From Actinomycetes bacterium (lineage in GTDB: Bacteria > Actinomycetota > Acidimicrobiia > Acidimicrobiales > RAAP-2): a stretch of 64,000 bases of DNA. The translations under genes were made by a program, and so were the position numbers. The stretch is taken from contig JAKAQM010000001.1 of assembly GCA_021822565.1 (NCBI GenBank), positions 9,342-73,341 of the forward strand, written 5' to 3'. The notes under the pieces were generated by a model that saw nothing but the letters and a program-made list of their open reading frames with translations, was not told the origin of the DNA and did not search any database. Numbering within the stretch: the stretch's first letter is position 1; each line of letters begins with the position of its first letter. Positions 53,007 to 63,198 of the stretch are shown here, piece after piece.

Positions 53007-54404
53007 ATGCGAAGGATCTGGGAGGCGATCGTGCCGAGGTGGGCAGATCGCAACCTGCGGGTGATCCTCGCCGCCCGGGTCGGCATGAGCCTCGGGCGGG
53101 CGATCGCGTCCGTCGTCACCGCGCTCTACCTGGCGGCCATCGGGTTCTCTGCGATCGAGATCGGCGTGCTCTTCGTCGCGGTGACGGTGGCGTCGGCGCT
53201 GATGAGCGCCGGTATCGGCCTGTTCGCCGACCGCTGGGGGCGCAAGCCGTTCCTCGTCGTGGTCCCGCTGATCGCCGCCGGCGCAGCCGTCGTCTACGCG
53301 GAGCTCAGGGTCACGGCGCTCTTGTTCGTCGCCGGCGCGCTCGGTTCCTTCGGTCGGGGCGCCGGCGCTGGTGCGGGGAACATCGGTCCCTACCAGCCGG
53401 CGGAGTCCGCGCTGGTCGCCGACAGCGTGTCAGGTGATCGGCGGGCGGTCGCCTTTGGCCGGATCGCGTTCGCCTCGTCGCTCGGCGCCCTCGTCGGAGG
53501 TCTGGCGGCCGAGGTCGTCCGCACGACCCACCACATGACCGCGGCGGAAGCGACTGCCGCGTACCGTCCGGCGTTCCTCATCGCTGCTGCCCTGGCAGTC
53601 GTGGCCGGGTTGCTCGCCCTGTTGCTCCACGAGCCGTCACGGCCGCCGAAGGAGACCGCCGCGGGTCGTCGTCCGCGGTTCCAATGGCCCCGGCAGTCCT
53701 GGCCGGCACTGTGGCGGTTCTGGGTGACCAACGGGACCAACGGGGCGGCGATCGGCTTGTTCGGGCCGTTCGTGAGCTACTGGCTGTACCGCCGCTACGG
53801 GGCGACTCCGGGGACCATCGGCGTGCTGTTCGCCGTCGTCAACCTGGGCTCGCTGGTCTCCGCCCTCGTCGCGGCCCGCGTCGCCCGCCGGATCGGGACG
53901 GTGCGGGCCATCGTCGTGGTGCGGGCGGTCGGCGGCGCGCTGCTCGTGCCGATGGTGCTGGCTCCCGCGTTCTGGATCGCGGGCGTGATCTACTTCGTAC
54001 GGATGCTGGTGCAGCGGGTCGGCCTGCCCCTGCGCCAGTCGTTCACCCAGGACATGGCCCATCCCGAGGAACGGGCAAGCGTCGCGGCGCTCTCCAACTT
54101 GCCGGCGCAGGCGACGATGGCCGCCGGCCAGGCGGCGGCCGGCTACCTGTTCGACGAGGTCAGCCTGGCAGCGCCGTTCGAGCTGGCGGGACTGCTCCAG
54201 ATCGTGAACGCCCTGGTGTACGGCCTGCTGTTCTCCCTGCGCCCGCCCCGGCGGGCGCAAGCGGCCCAGCAGGGGGGCAACGAGGCCGCTCCTGTGCTCG
54301 TTCCGATGGCAACCTCGACGAGCGCCGGGCCGGCGCCGGTGGAGAGCGGGCGGACGGGCGCCGGCCTCCCCGGGCCCCCAGCGAATCCTCCCGCCGGACC
54401 ATGA
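53007..54404 (+). CDS. MFS transporter
   Basis: About 12 TM segments and an MFS loop FADRWGRKP. GGAGGACGGTGAAGG precedes ATG 53007. Confidence 0.75.
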   Translation: MRRIWEAIVPRWADRNLRVILAARVGMSLGRAIASVVTALYLAAIGFSAIEIGVLFVAVTVASALMSAGIGLFADRWGRKPFLVVVPLIAAGAAVVYAELRVTALLFVAGALGSFGRGAGAGAGNIGPYQPAESALVADSVSGDRRAVAFGRIAFASSLGALVGGLAAEVVRTTHHMTAAEATAAYRPAFLIAAALAVVAGLLALLLHEPSRPPKETAAGRRPRFQWPRQSWPALWRFWVTNGTNGAAIGLFGPFVSYWLYRRYGATPGTIGVLFAVVNLGSLVSALVAARVARRIGTVRAIVVVRAVGGALLVPMVLAPAFWIAGVIYFVRMLVQRVGLPLRQSFTQDMAHPEERASVAALSNLPAQATMAAGQAAAGYLFDEVSLAAPFELAGLLQIVNALVYGLLFSLRPPRRAQAAQQGGNEAAPVLVPMATSTSAGPAPVESGRTGAGLPGPPANPPAGP

Positions 54405-56218
54405 CGGCGCGCTCCGCGTCGAACGGCTGATCCGAGCCGCAGCTGGGGGCACGCCGGGCGGGCGTCCACTCGGCTGTGGGCGTCCCACCCGTGACCGTTG
54501 CCGCGTCGCCATGCTGGGAGGGAGACGAAGCCCGTTCCATCGGGAAGCACGAAGTTCGGGTTCGGGGACGCGGCCATCTTCTCGTACTCGTTGCAGTCGA
54601 CGACGGCGACGGACCCGCGCAGCGGCTGGCGATCGACCTCGACGAGAGGGTTGAGGTGGTCGTGCCCTCCGAGACCCCTGATGACGTTGTCCCAGACGAC
54701 CACTGTGCGCCAGCGGCCTCCGAGATCGATCACGGGCGCGGCCTGCGGCGAGCGCGCCCCGTAGAACTGGCTCTCGTTCGCGAAGACGTTGCCGGTCGCG
54801 TAGACGTCGGCGATGGTGCTCATGGCGCCGAAGGCGTCGACGTAGAAGGCGTCGAACGCATGACCGGCGACCGAGGACCTCCCGGGGATCCCTGGGGGGT
54901 TCGCTCCGTTGCTCGGGTCGCCCAGCGAGGTGCCCGGACCGTCGAGCACCGTGTTGTGGGTCACGAGCAGGTGGTTGGTTGTGTGCCTCGGCGTCTCGAC
55001 GTCGAGGGAGATCCCCTGGTCGGTGTTCCACACCGTGTTGTGGTCGATCCAGATGTAGGCCCCGCCGTCGTCGTAGATGCCGCCGGCGTTCTCCGCCTGG
55101 GGGGTGCACGCCGATCCGCTCCACCTCCCATAGGCGCGGTTCGACCACGTGTCGACGTTCGCCACCACGTCGTCCGACACGATGCCGTGGCGCGCCTGGC
55201 CGGTTCCTGTTTCCCAGCCGATGGTGTCGATGCCGATGTTGTCGGTGTCGTAGACGCGGTCGGCCGAGACGAGGAAGTCGGTGACGTCCCCGTCCACTGC
55301 GACGGTCTCGCTCTGCCCGGTCCGGGTGTGCGCGACCGTGTCGCCTTCGATGACGACGTGCTGGAGGGCGCCCTCGGAGCCGTCGCCGTAGGAGAGGACC
55401 GCGATCCCGTAGGCGCCGACGTCGGGATTGCCGCACTCGCGCTTCGAGCGGTCCATCGCGTCCGCCGAGTTGACGACGTCGCGCACCGTGTCGTCGAGGA
55501 GGTAGATCCCGCTGCACGCGTGGTCGCCATGGAGGAAGCAGGCCGAGGTGTGGCCGGCGTCGTGGCGGACCTCGACGAGGATCCCCGCGGGGGTGAATGT
55601 GGGGCCGGTCGAGCGGTAGCCGCTGATCGTGAGCCCCTCCACTGCGACATCGCGCGAGCCTGTGATGCTCACCGCGCCGGTATCGCTTCGTGTGTGGTCG
55701 AACGGGCTCACGTCCCGAGGGTGCGCGGCACCCAGGCGGAGCCAGGCCGGCCGACCCGGCGCGGCGGCGATCGTGAGCAGTGCAGTCGAGTACTTCCCCC
55801 ACACGTGGATGGGGCCCCGGAACGTCCCCGCGAGGCAGAGGACCTCGGGCGCCCGCATCCGGTTCTCCACGTTGGCGATGGCGGCGTCGACCGTTGTGGC
55901 GGTGGCGCCGGCAGCAGAGTCGAAGATGCGGCTGCAGCGTGGCCGCGCGCCGAACGCGCTCCCGTCCGGCGTGGCGGCATCGGGGATCAGGCCGTCGCCG
56001 TCGGCCGGCACTGCCCCGCGGGGCTCGATCGGGAAATCCGACGGGGTCACCGGCGGCTGCAGCGGGCGGCGGGCGGGCTCGGCCGCCGCAGGCGCGACGC
56101 CGGCCGCCGCGCCCAGCACGGCCAGCACGGCCAAGACGGCGAGCACGGTCGAGGCGACCAAGGGGCGGAGCACGCAGCCGGCGGCCGTGCCCGGCGCGAC
56201 GCGGCGCGCCCTGGTCAC
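54143..56218 (-). CDS. secreted right-handed parallel beta-helix repeat protein (polysaccharide lyase/hydrolase-like)
   Basis: Signal peptide (VLAVLAVLAVLGAAAGVAPAAA). Repetitive beta-helix-like segments (VAVEGLTISG, VVIEGDTVAH, IWIDHNTVWN, LLVTHNTVLDG). The last ~85 codons overlap the convergent MFS gene and may not be functional sequence. Confidence 0.65.
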   Translation of the reverse strand: MTRARRVAPGTAAGCVLRPLVASTVLAVLAVLAVLGAAAGVAPAAAEPARRPLQPPVTPSDFPIEPRGAVPADGDGLIPDAATPDGSAFGARPRCSRIFDSAAGATATTVDAAIANVENRMRAPEVLCLAGTFRGPIHVWGKYSTALLTIAAAPGRPAWLRLGAAHPRDVSPFDHTRSDTGAVSITGSRDVAVEGLTISGYRSTGPTFTPAGILVEVRHDAGHTSACFLHGDHACSGIYLLDDTVRDVVNSADAMDRSKRECGNPDVGAYGIAVLSYGDGSEGALQHVVIEGDTVAHTRTGQSETVAVDGDVTDFLVSADRVYDTDNIGIDTIGWETGTGQARHGIVSDDVVANVDTWSNRAYGRWSGSACTPQAENAGGIYDDGGAYIWIDHNTVWNTDQGISLDVETPRHTTNHLLVTHNTVLDGPGTSLGDPSNGANPPGIPGRSSVAGHAFDAFYVDAFGAMSTIADVYATGNVFANESQFYGARSPQAAPVIDLGGRWRTVVVWDNVIRGLGGHDHLNPLVEVDRQPLRGSVAVVDCNEYEKMAASPNPNFVLPDGTGFVSLPAWRRGNGHGWDAHSRVDARPACPQLRLGSAVRRGARRHGPAGGFAGGPGRPAPVRPLSTGAGPALVEVAIGTSTGAASLPPCWAACARRGGRRENSRPYTRAFTIWSSPASSNGAARLTSSNR
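56114..56149. repeat. imperfect 9-nt tandem repeat x4 (cagcacggc-like) encoding the LAV repeats of the signal-peptide core
   Basis: Read directly: cagcacggc cagcacggc caagacggc gagcacggt. Confidence 0.85.
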
Positions 56219-56270
56219 GGGAGCTGGCGGTCGCGGGCTCCGGTCCCGCAGGGGCTTTCCAGGCGCTCGG

Positions 56271-57023
56271 TCATCGGTAGGGGTTCACGCCGAGCAGTTG
56301 GTCGACCGTGGTGAACCCGAAGCCGCGGGCGGAGAGGTCGGCGACGACGAGCTCGACCGCGGCCACGGTGGCCGAGCGGTCCCCCCCCTTTGCTTCGATG
56401 CCATCGTGGAAGATGAGCACGCTGCCCGGTCGTGCCTTGGCCACCGCTCGCCGGGCGATGCGCTCGGGGGAGGGTTGGAGCACCTCGAGGACGTGGGCGA
56501 ACTCGCCTGAGACGAGCTGCAGCGACTGCTCGCGCGCGACGCCGAACAGTCCCGGCGTGCGCAGCAGCCACGGCGGCCGGAAGAGGACGGGCCGGAGCCC
56601 GAGGTGCCGGCTGAACGCGGCCTCGGCTCGGCGCACCTCGTCTCGCAGCACCTCGCGGCCGACGCAGCGGTCGAGCCGGTGGGAGTAGCCGTGGCTGCCG
56701 AGCACGTGCCCGTCCGAAGCGAGGCGACGGGCGGTGTCGGGGTGTCGTTCCACGCAGGCACCGACGGCGAAGAAGGTGGCGCGGGCCCCAGACGCGTCGA
56801 GGGCGTCGGCGATCTGGGAGGTGTAGGGCTCGTTGGGCCCGTCGTCGAACGTCAGCGCGACCACGCGCTCGGTCGTCGCGAACCGGTACGGGAACGGCCC
56901 GAGCAGCTGGGAGTACGGGGACATGAACGCCCAATAGGACGCCGCCGCGATCCCGACGGATGCGGGCACGAGCTCACGGGACCCGAGCCGCCGCCGGCCA
57001 ACTCCCCGAGCCCTGCCGGGCAT
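56271..57023 (-). CDS. polysaccharide deacetylase (NodB homology, CE4)
   Basis: LTFDDGPNEPYT (motif 1), GSHGYSH (motif 2), LFRPPW (motif 3). ATG shares 1 nt with the GT2 stop. Confidence 0.85.
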   Translation of the reverse strand: MPGRARGVGRRRLGSRELVPASVGIAAASYWAFMSPYSQLLGPFPYRFATTERVVALTFDDGPNEPYTSQIADALDASGARATFFAVGACVERHPDTARRLASDGHVLGSHGYSHRLDRCVGREVLRDEVRRAEAAFSRHLGLRPVLFRPPWLLRTPGLFGVAREQSLQLVSGEFAHVLEVLQPSPERIARRAVAKARPGSVLIFHDGIEAKGGDRSATVAAVELVVADLSARGFGFTTVDQLLGVNPYR

Positions 57024-57898
57024 CAGATCAGACCGACCACGTAGACGCCGGTCCGGAACAGCACGAAGCCGAGGGCCAGCATCGTGGAGGTGAAGAGCAC
57101 GCGGCCGACCCACAGCACGACCGAGCGCGACCGGACGTCGTGGCGGAACGCGGGTGCGGTGCCGAGCAGCGGGCGCCCGCTGACCCGGTTCAGCCAGTAG
57201 GCGAGCAGGTAGTAGACGAAGAAGGTGACGACGAGGTTGTAGGCGAGGCCCTGGTTCAGGCGGCGAGGGGAGGTGTACGTGGGGTTGTGCCGGTCGAAGA
57301 GCACCGATCCCTGTCGCTGGAGCCTACGGAGCAGGTCGAGCTCGTCGCCGCCCTGGGTCATCTGGGTGTTGTAGCCGGGCCACGCAGAGCGCCGGAACGC
57401 AAGGTTCGTCGCCGTGACGTAGAGGACCCGTCCGGTCAGCTGCCGGACGAGGGAGACGGCGCCGAACAGGACGCGTGGGTACGCCGCGGCCCACGAAGGG
57501 CTGCCCGCGGCGAAGCGGCAGGGTCCCGCGACAGCGACGCAGGACGGGTGCTCTTGCATCGCACGGTCGATCTGGGACAGCCAGCCCGGATCGAAGACGG
57601 TGTCTGCATCGGTGGACACGACGATCTCGCCCTGAGCGATCTCCGTGCCCCGCTGGCGGGCCCAGCAGACGCCAGGGCGGGCTTCGTGGACGACCACTGC
57701 CCCCAGAGAGCGGGCGATCGCCGCCGTCCGGTCGGTGCTGTTGTTGTCGACGACGATCACCTCGACCTCGCCGGCGAAGTCCTGCCGGGCGAGGGACCGC
57801 AGGCAGTCCGCCAGGTACCGCTCCTCGTTCAGCGCGGGGATGACGATGCTGAACCGCGGCCGCGCCACTGTTCGTGTCGCACGCCCATCCTCGTCCAT
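57023..57898 (-). CDS. family 2 glycosyltransferase with C-terminal TM helices
   Basis: FSIVIPALNEERYL, VIVVDNNSTDRT, TDADT (DxD). Hydrophobic C-terminus. ATG 57898 has GAGGAG 7 nt upstream; alternative start ATG 57928. Confidence 0.8.
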   Translation of the reverse strand: MDEDGRATRTVARPRFSIVIPALNEERYLADCLRSLARQDFAGEVEVIVVDNNSTDRTAAIARSLGAVVVHEARPGVCWARQRGTEIAQGEIVVSTDADTVFDPGWLSQIDRAMQEHPSCVAVAGPCRFAAGSPSWAAAYPRVLFGAVSLVRQLTGRVLYVTATNLAFRRSAWPGYNTQMTQGGDELDLLRRLQRQGSVLFDRHNPTYTSPRRLNQGLAYNLVVTFFVYYLLAYWLNRVSGRPLLGTAPAFRHDVRSRSVVLWVGRVLFTSTMLALGFVLFRTGVYVVGLI

Positions 57899-58118
57899 CA
57901 GCGTCTCCTCGTCCCGACCCACCTCCATGCCGGCACTGCCGAGCCGGTACCGTAGCGTCTTGGCACCCCCTGGCGAGCGCGGGTGGCCGACTGGCGGCCG
58001 AAGAGCTCGAGCGCCGCGCAGGAGCCCGCCATAAGCGCAGGTTAGAGGCGTATCAGCAGTTCCCCGCTTCACGACCTGTGCCAGCAGGCGGACACTGGCA
58101 CCGGAAGGGAGGTGCCGA

Positions 58119-59231
58119 GTGCCGGCCGTTCACGAAATGGAGGATGAGGGTCCGCGGGTCGAGGTCGACGGCAGTGGTGCCGTCGCATCGGCGCTCCCTG
58201 GAGCGATCCCGTGGGGGAGGATGGTCGGCGGCGCTTCGGCGCTGCTTCCAGGAGTCGTGGTCACCGCGGCGATCGCGCTGGTCGCAACGCTGCTCGGCGG
58301 CCTCGTTCCCGTCGTAGGCGCCCCGGTGATCGCGATCCTCTGCGGGATCGCGATCTCCCTGGTCAAAAGACCCTCGGCGCGTCTTCTGCCGGGGATCTCC
58401 TTCACCGCGAAGAAGGTGCTCCAGGGGTCGATCGTCGTGCTCGGTTTCGGGCTCTCGCTCGGCGAGGTCCTCTCCACCGGCGCGGGCTCCCTGCCGGTGC
58501 TCGTCGGGACCCTCGTCGCCGCCCTGGCAATGGCCTGGTTGGCTGGGCGCCTGCTCCGCCTCCCTGCTGATCTGCGCGCCTTGATCGGTGTGGGAACCGC
58601 GATCTGCGGCGCGTCCGCGATTGCCGCCACCGATGCGGTCATCTCCGCGGACGAGGCCGACGTGAGCTACGCGATCGCCACCATCTTCACGTTCAACGTC
58701 GTCGCCGTGCTGCTCTATCCGTTCATCGGCCACGCGTTCGGGTTCTCCCAGCGCACCTTCGGGCTGTGGGCCGGCACCGCCATCAACGACCTGTCCTCGG
58801 TCGTCGCCGCCTCCACCACGTACGGCCACACCGCCGCGGCGTACGGGGTGATCGTGAAGCTCACCCGCACGCTCGCGATCATCCCGATCAGCCTGGTCCT
58901 GGCTGCGCTCAGGGGCTGGCGCAGCGAAGCGCCGCTCGACGCGTCATCTGGGAGACGGATCGATTTTCGCCGTGTCCTGCCGCTCTTCATCGTCGTGTTC
59001 GTGGGCGCCGTCGCCGCCAACACGGTCGGCCTGGTGCCTGCCGGCTGGCACCACCCGATGTCGGACCTGTCGATCTGGATGATCACTGCGGCACTCGGGG
59101 CGATCGGGCTGTCGACCGATGTGGGCCACATTCGTCGAGCCGGCGTCCGGCCCCTCGTGCTCGGTGCGATCCTCTGGCTCACGGTCGGGCTGGCGAGCCT
59201 TGGGTTGCAAGCGTTGACGGGCAGGCTGTGA
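58119..59231 (+). CDS. yeiH: YeiH/UPF0324 family putative sulfate exporter-type membrane protein
   Basis: GIGTAICGASAIAA and GLWAGTAINDLSSVVAA are typical YeiH motifs. GGAAGGGAGG lies 6 nt upstream of GTG 58119. Confidence 0.8.
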   Translation: MPAVHEMEDEGPRVEVDGSGAVASALPGAIPWGRMVGGASALLPGVVVTAAIALVATLLGGLVPVVGAPVIAILCGIAISLVKRPSARLLPGISFTAKKVLQGSIVVLGFGLSLGEVLSTGAGSLPVLVGTLVAALAMAWLAGRLLRLPADLRALIGVGTAICGASAIAATDAVISADEADVSYAIATIFTFNVVAVLLYPFIGHAFGFSQRTFGLWAGTAINDLSSVVAASTTYGHTAAAYGVIVKLTRTLAIIPISLVLAALRGWRSEAPLDASSGRRIDFRRVLPLFIVVFVGAVAANTVGLVPAGWHHPMSDLSIWMITAALGAIGLSTDVGHIRRAGVRPLVLGAILWLTVGLASLGLQALTGRL

Positions 59232-59281
59232 CGTGGTGGCTGGAGCGTCGGCGGTGAGCGGCCAGGCTCTAAGGTCGCCTC

Positions 59282-60196
59282 GTGCCGCTCCCCGAGCCGT
59301 ACCCCGACCTGCCCTCGCTCGATCTGCTGGTCAGTGTCGGAGAGCTGGGGTCCATCAGCGCCGCAGCGGCCGCGCACGGCGTCTCCCAGCCCGCAGCCAG
59401 CATGCGGCTCCGCGCACTCGAGCGACTGCTGCGGGTCCCCTTGCTGGATCGCTCGACCAGGGGAGCCCGGCTCACCCCCGCGGGCATGGCCACCGCGGAA
59501 TGGGCTGCGGCTGTGCTCGGCGACATGCGCACCCTGCTCGCCGGCACGGCCGCCCTGCGCAGGGATCGCCACTCCCAGCTTCGCCTGGCTGCGAGCCTCA
59601 CCGTCGCCGAGTACCTCCTGCCACACTGGCTGCATCGGCTCTCGGCGGAGCTCCCGGGCGCCAGGATCTCGCTCGAGATGGGCAACACCGTTCACGTCGC
59701 CGGGCTGGTTGCCCGCGGGAAGGCAGATCTCGGGTTCATCGAAGGCCCCCGACCGCCTGGGCGCCTTCGGTCCAGGGGACTGCTCGCAGACAGGCTGGTG
59801 GTGGTGGTCGCAGCCGGGCACCCCTGGAGTCGGCGTCGCCGGCCCGTCACCGCCAGCCAGCTGGCCAGCACGCCGTTGGTGCTTCGTGAGCCGGGGTCCG
59901 GCACGAGAGAGGTGCTGACCGATGCGCTCGCGGCGCACGGCCTCGGCGTCACGGCGGCCATGGAGCTCGGCTCGACGACCGCGATCAAGGCGGCGGTGAT
60001 GAGTGGGGCTGCACCTGCGGTGGTGTCGGCGCTCGCGGTCCGGGCCGAGCTGAGGGATGGGGACCTCGTCGCGATCAGCTGCAGGGACCTCAGGCTCGAG
60101 CGGACGATCCGGGCGATCTGGGCGACGAGCCATCCGCCCACCTCCGTCACCTCTCGGCTTCTCGGGATCGCCGCACGGGCGGAGGATTCGGACTGA
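59282..60196 (+). CDS. LysR family transcriptional regulator (YeiE-like by context)
   Basis: LDLLVSVGELGSISAAAAAHGVSQPAASMRLRALE HTH plus a LysR substrate-binding domain. Confidence 0.8.
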   Translation: MPLPEPYPDLPSLDLLVSVGELGSISAAAAAHGVSQPAASMRLRALERLLRVPLLDRSTRGARLTPAGMATAEWAAAVLGDMRTLLAGTAALRRDRHSQLRLAASLTVAEYLLPHWLHRLSAELPGARISLEMGNTVHVAGLVARGKADLGFIEGPRPPGRLRSRGLLADRLVVVVAAGHPWSRRRRPVTASQLASTPLVLREPGSGTREVLTDALAAHGLGVTAAMELGSTTAIKAAVMSGAAPAVVSALAVRAELRDGDLVAISCRDLRLERTIRAIWATSHPPTSVTSRLLGIAARAEDSD

Positions 60197-60536
60197 GCGC
60201 ATCGTCTCGTCCGTGCGTGTCTCGTCCGTGCGCTTCGAACCGGTACAGCGGGTTGAGCAGCACGAGAAGCCCGTGCTGGTCCACCACCGTCCCCTGGACC
60301 GTCACGGTCGTGCCGGTCGAGATCCCCGGAACTCGGGTACGCCCGAGCCAGCGCAGGGTGATCGTGCCCGTGCCGTCGTCGAGCAGCGCGTCGCAGGAAG
60401 GAGCGGCGTTCCGTTCCTGCACTTTGCGCACCGAGCCCGAGAGGATCGCTCGCTCCCGCGGCACTGCGTCGGCGACCACGCGGGCGACCGGCCTTCCACC
60501 CCATTCGAAGGTTCCCTCGGGGAGCCACGAGGTCAC
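60147..60536 (-). CDS. OB-fold nucleic-acid-binding-domain protein (actinobacterial family usually found next to K+ uptake genes)
   Basis: LLDDGTGTITLRWLGRTRVPGISTGTTVTVQGTVVDQHGLLVLLNPLYRF matches the conserved core of this family as I recall it. GTG overlaps the kdpC stop (GTGA 60533-60536). Confidence 0.7.
   Translation of the reverse strand: MTSWLPEGTFEWGGRPVARVVADAVPRERAILSGSVRKVQERNAAPSCDALLDDGTGTITLRWLGRTRVPGISTGTTVTVQGTVVDQHGLLVLLNPLYRFEAHGRDTHGRDDALSPNPPPVRRSREAER
60204..60233. repeat. 15-nt tandem repeat x2 (gtctcgtccgtgcgt / gtctcgtccgtgcgc)
   Basis: Read directly. Encodes HGRDT/HGRDD in the OB-fold protein tail, just past the convergent LysR stop. Confidence 0.9.
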
Positions 60537-61108
60537 CGGAGCCTCGCCAGTGCCTCGTTCAGCTGCAGGACGTTCACGACGGAGGAGCCGAGGAAGCCCA
60601 GTTCGGGTCCGTGCGTCTCGTGGGCGATGAGCGAGCGGAGCCGAGTGGGCGGGATCCCCGTGGCCTTGGCCACCATCGGGACCTGGACCAACGCGTCCTG
60701 GGGCGTGATGTCGGGGTCGAGGCCGCTCCCCGAGGTGGTCACGAGGTCGGTCGTCGGGTCGACACCGACCCTGTGCCAGGCGATGACCAGGGCGTGCACC
60801 TCTGTGCGCAGCACCTTCGAGCGCGGCCCCAGGTTGGCGGCACCCGAGAAGCCCGGCTTGCCGTTCGCCACCAGCGGGTCGTCGGCGTCGGGCCGGCCGT
60901 GGAACCACTGCGGGTCGAGGATCTTGGAGGTCGAGTAGCCGTTCCAGTTCTGCCCGATGATCGCGGAGCCGTTCTTCGTGATCGACCCGTTCGCCTGGAA
61001 CGGGAAGAGCGCTTGGGCGACCCCGGTGCCCACGAGCCCGTAGACGAAGCCCAGGACGACGGTGAGCACCAATGCGAGCAGGAGCGAGCGGCGCAGGTAG
61101 GTGAGCAT
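60533..61108 (-). CDS. kdpC: potassium-transporting ATPase subunit C
   Basis: N-terminal TM helix, then FPFQANGS, NLGP, SGSGLDPDITP. Confidence 0.9.
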   Translation of the reverse strand: MLTYLRRSLLLALVLTVVLGFVYGLVGTGVAQALFPFQANGSITKNGSAIIGQNWNGYSTSKILDPQWFHGRPDADDPLVANGKPGFSGAANLGPRSKVLRTEVHALVIAWHRVGVDPTTDLVTTSGSGLDPDITPQDALVQVPMVAKATGIPPTRLRSLIAHETHGPELGFLGSSVVNVLQLNEALARLR

Positions 61109-61116
61109 GTCGGCCT

Positions 61117-63194
<2,078 letters not shown>

Positions 63195-63198
<4 letters not shown>

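Noticed and set aside
53637-55802. 721-aa minus-strand ORF in a different frame from the beta-helix gene, and 612-aa plus-strand ORF 54476..56314
   Set aside because: They are alternative frames of the same DNA. Only frame 54143..56218 shows a signal peptide and beta-helix-like repeats.
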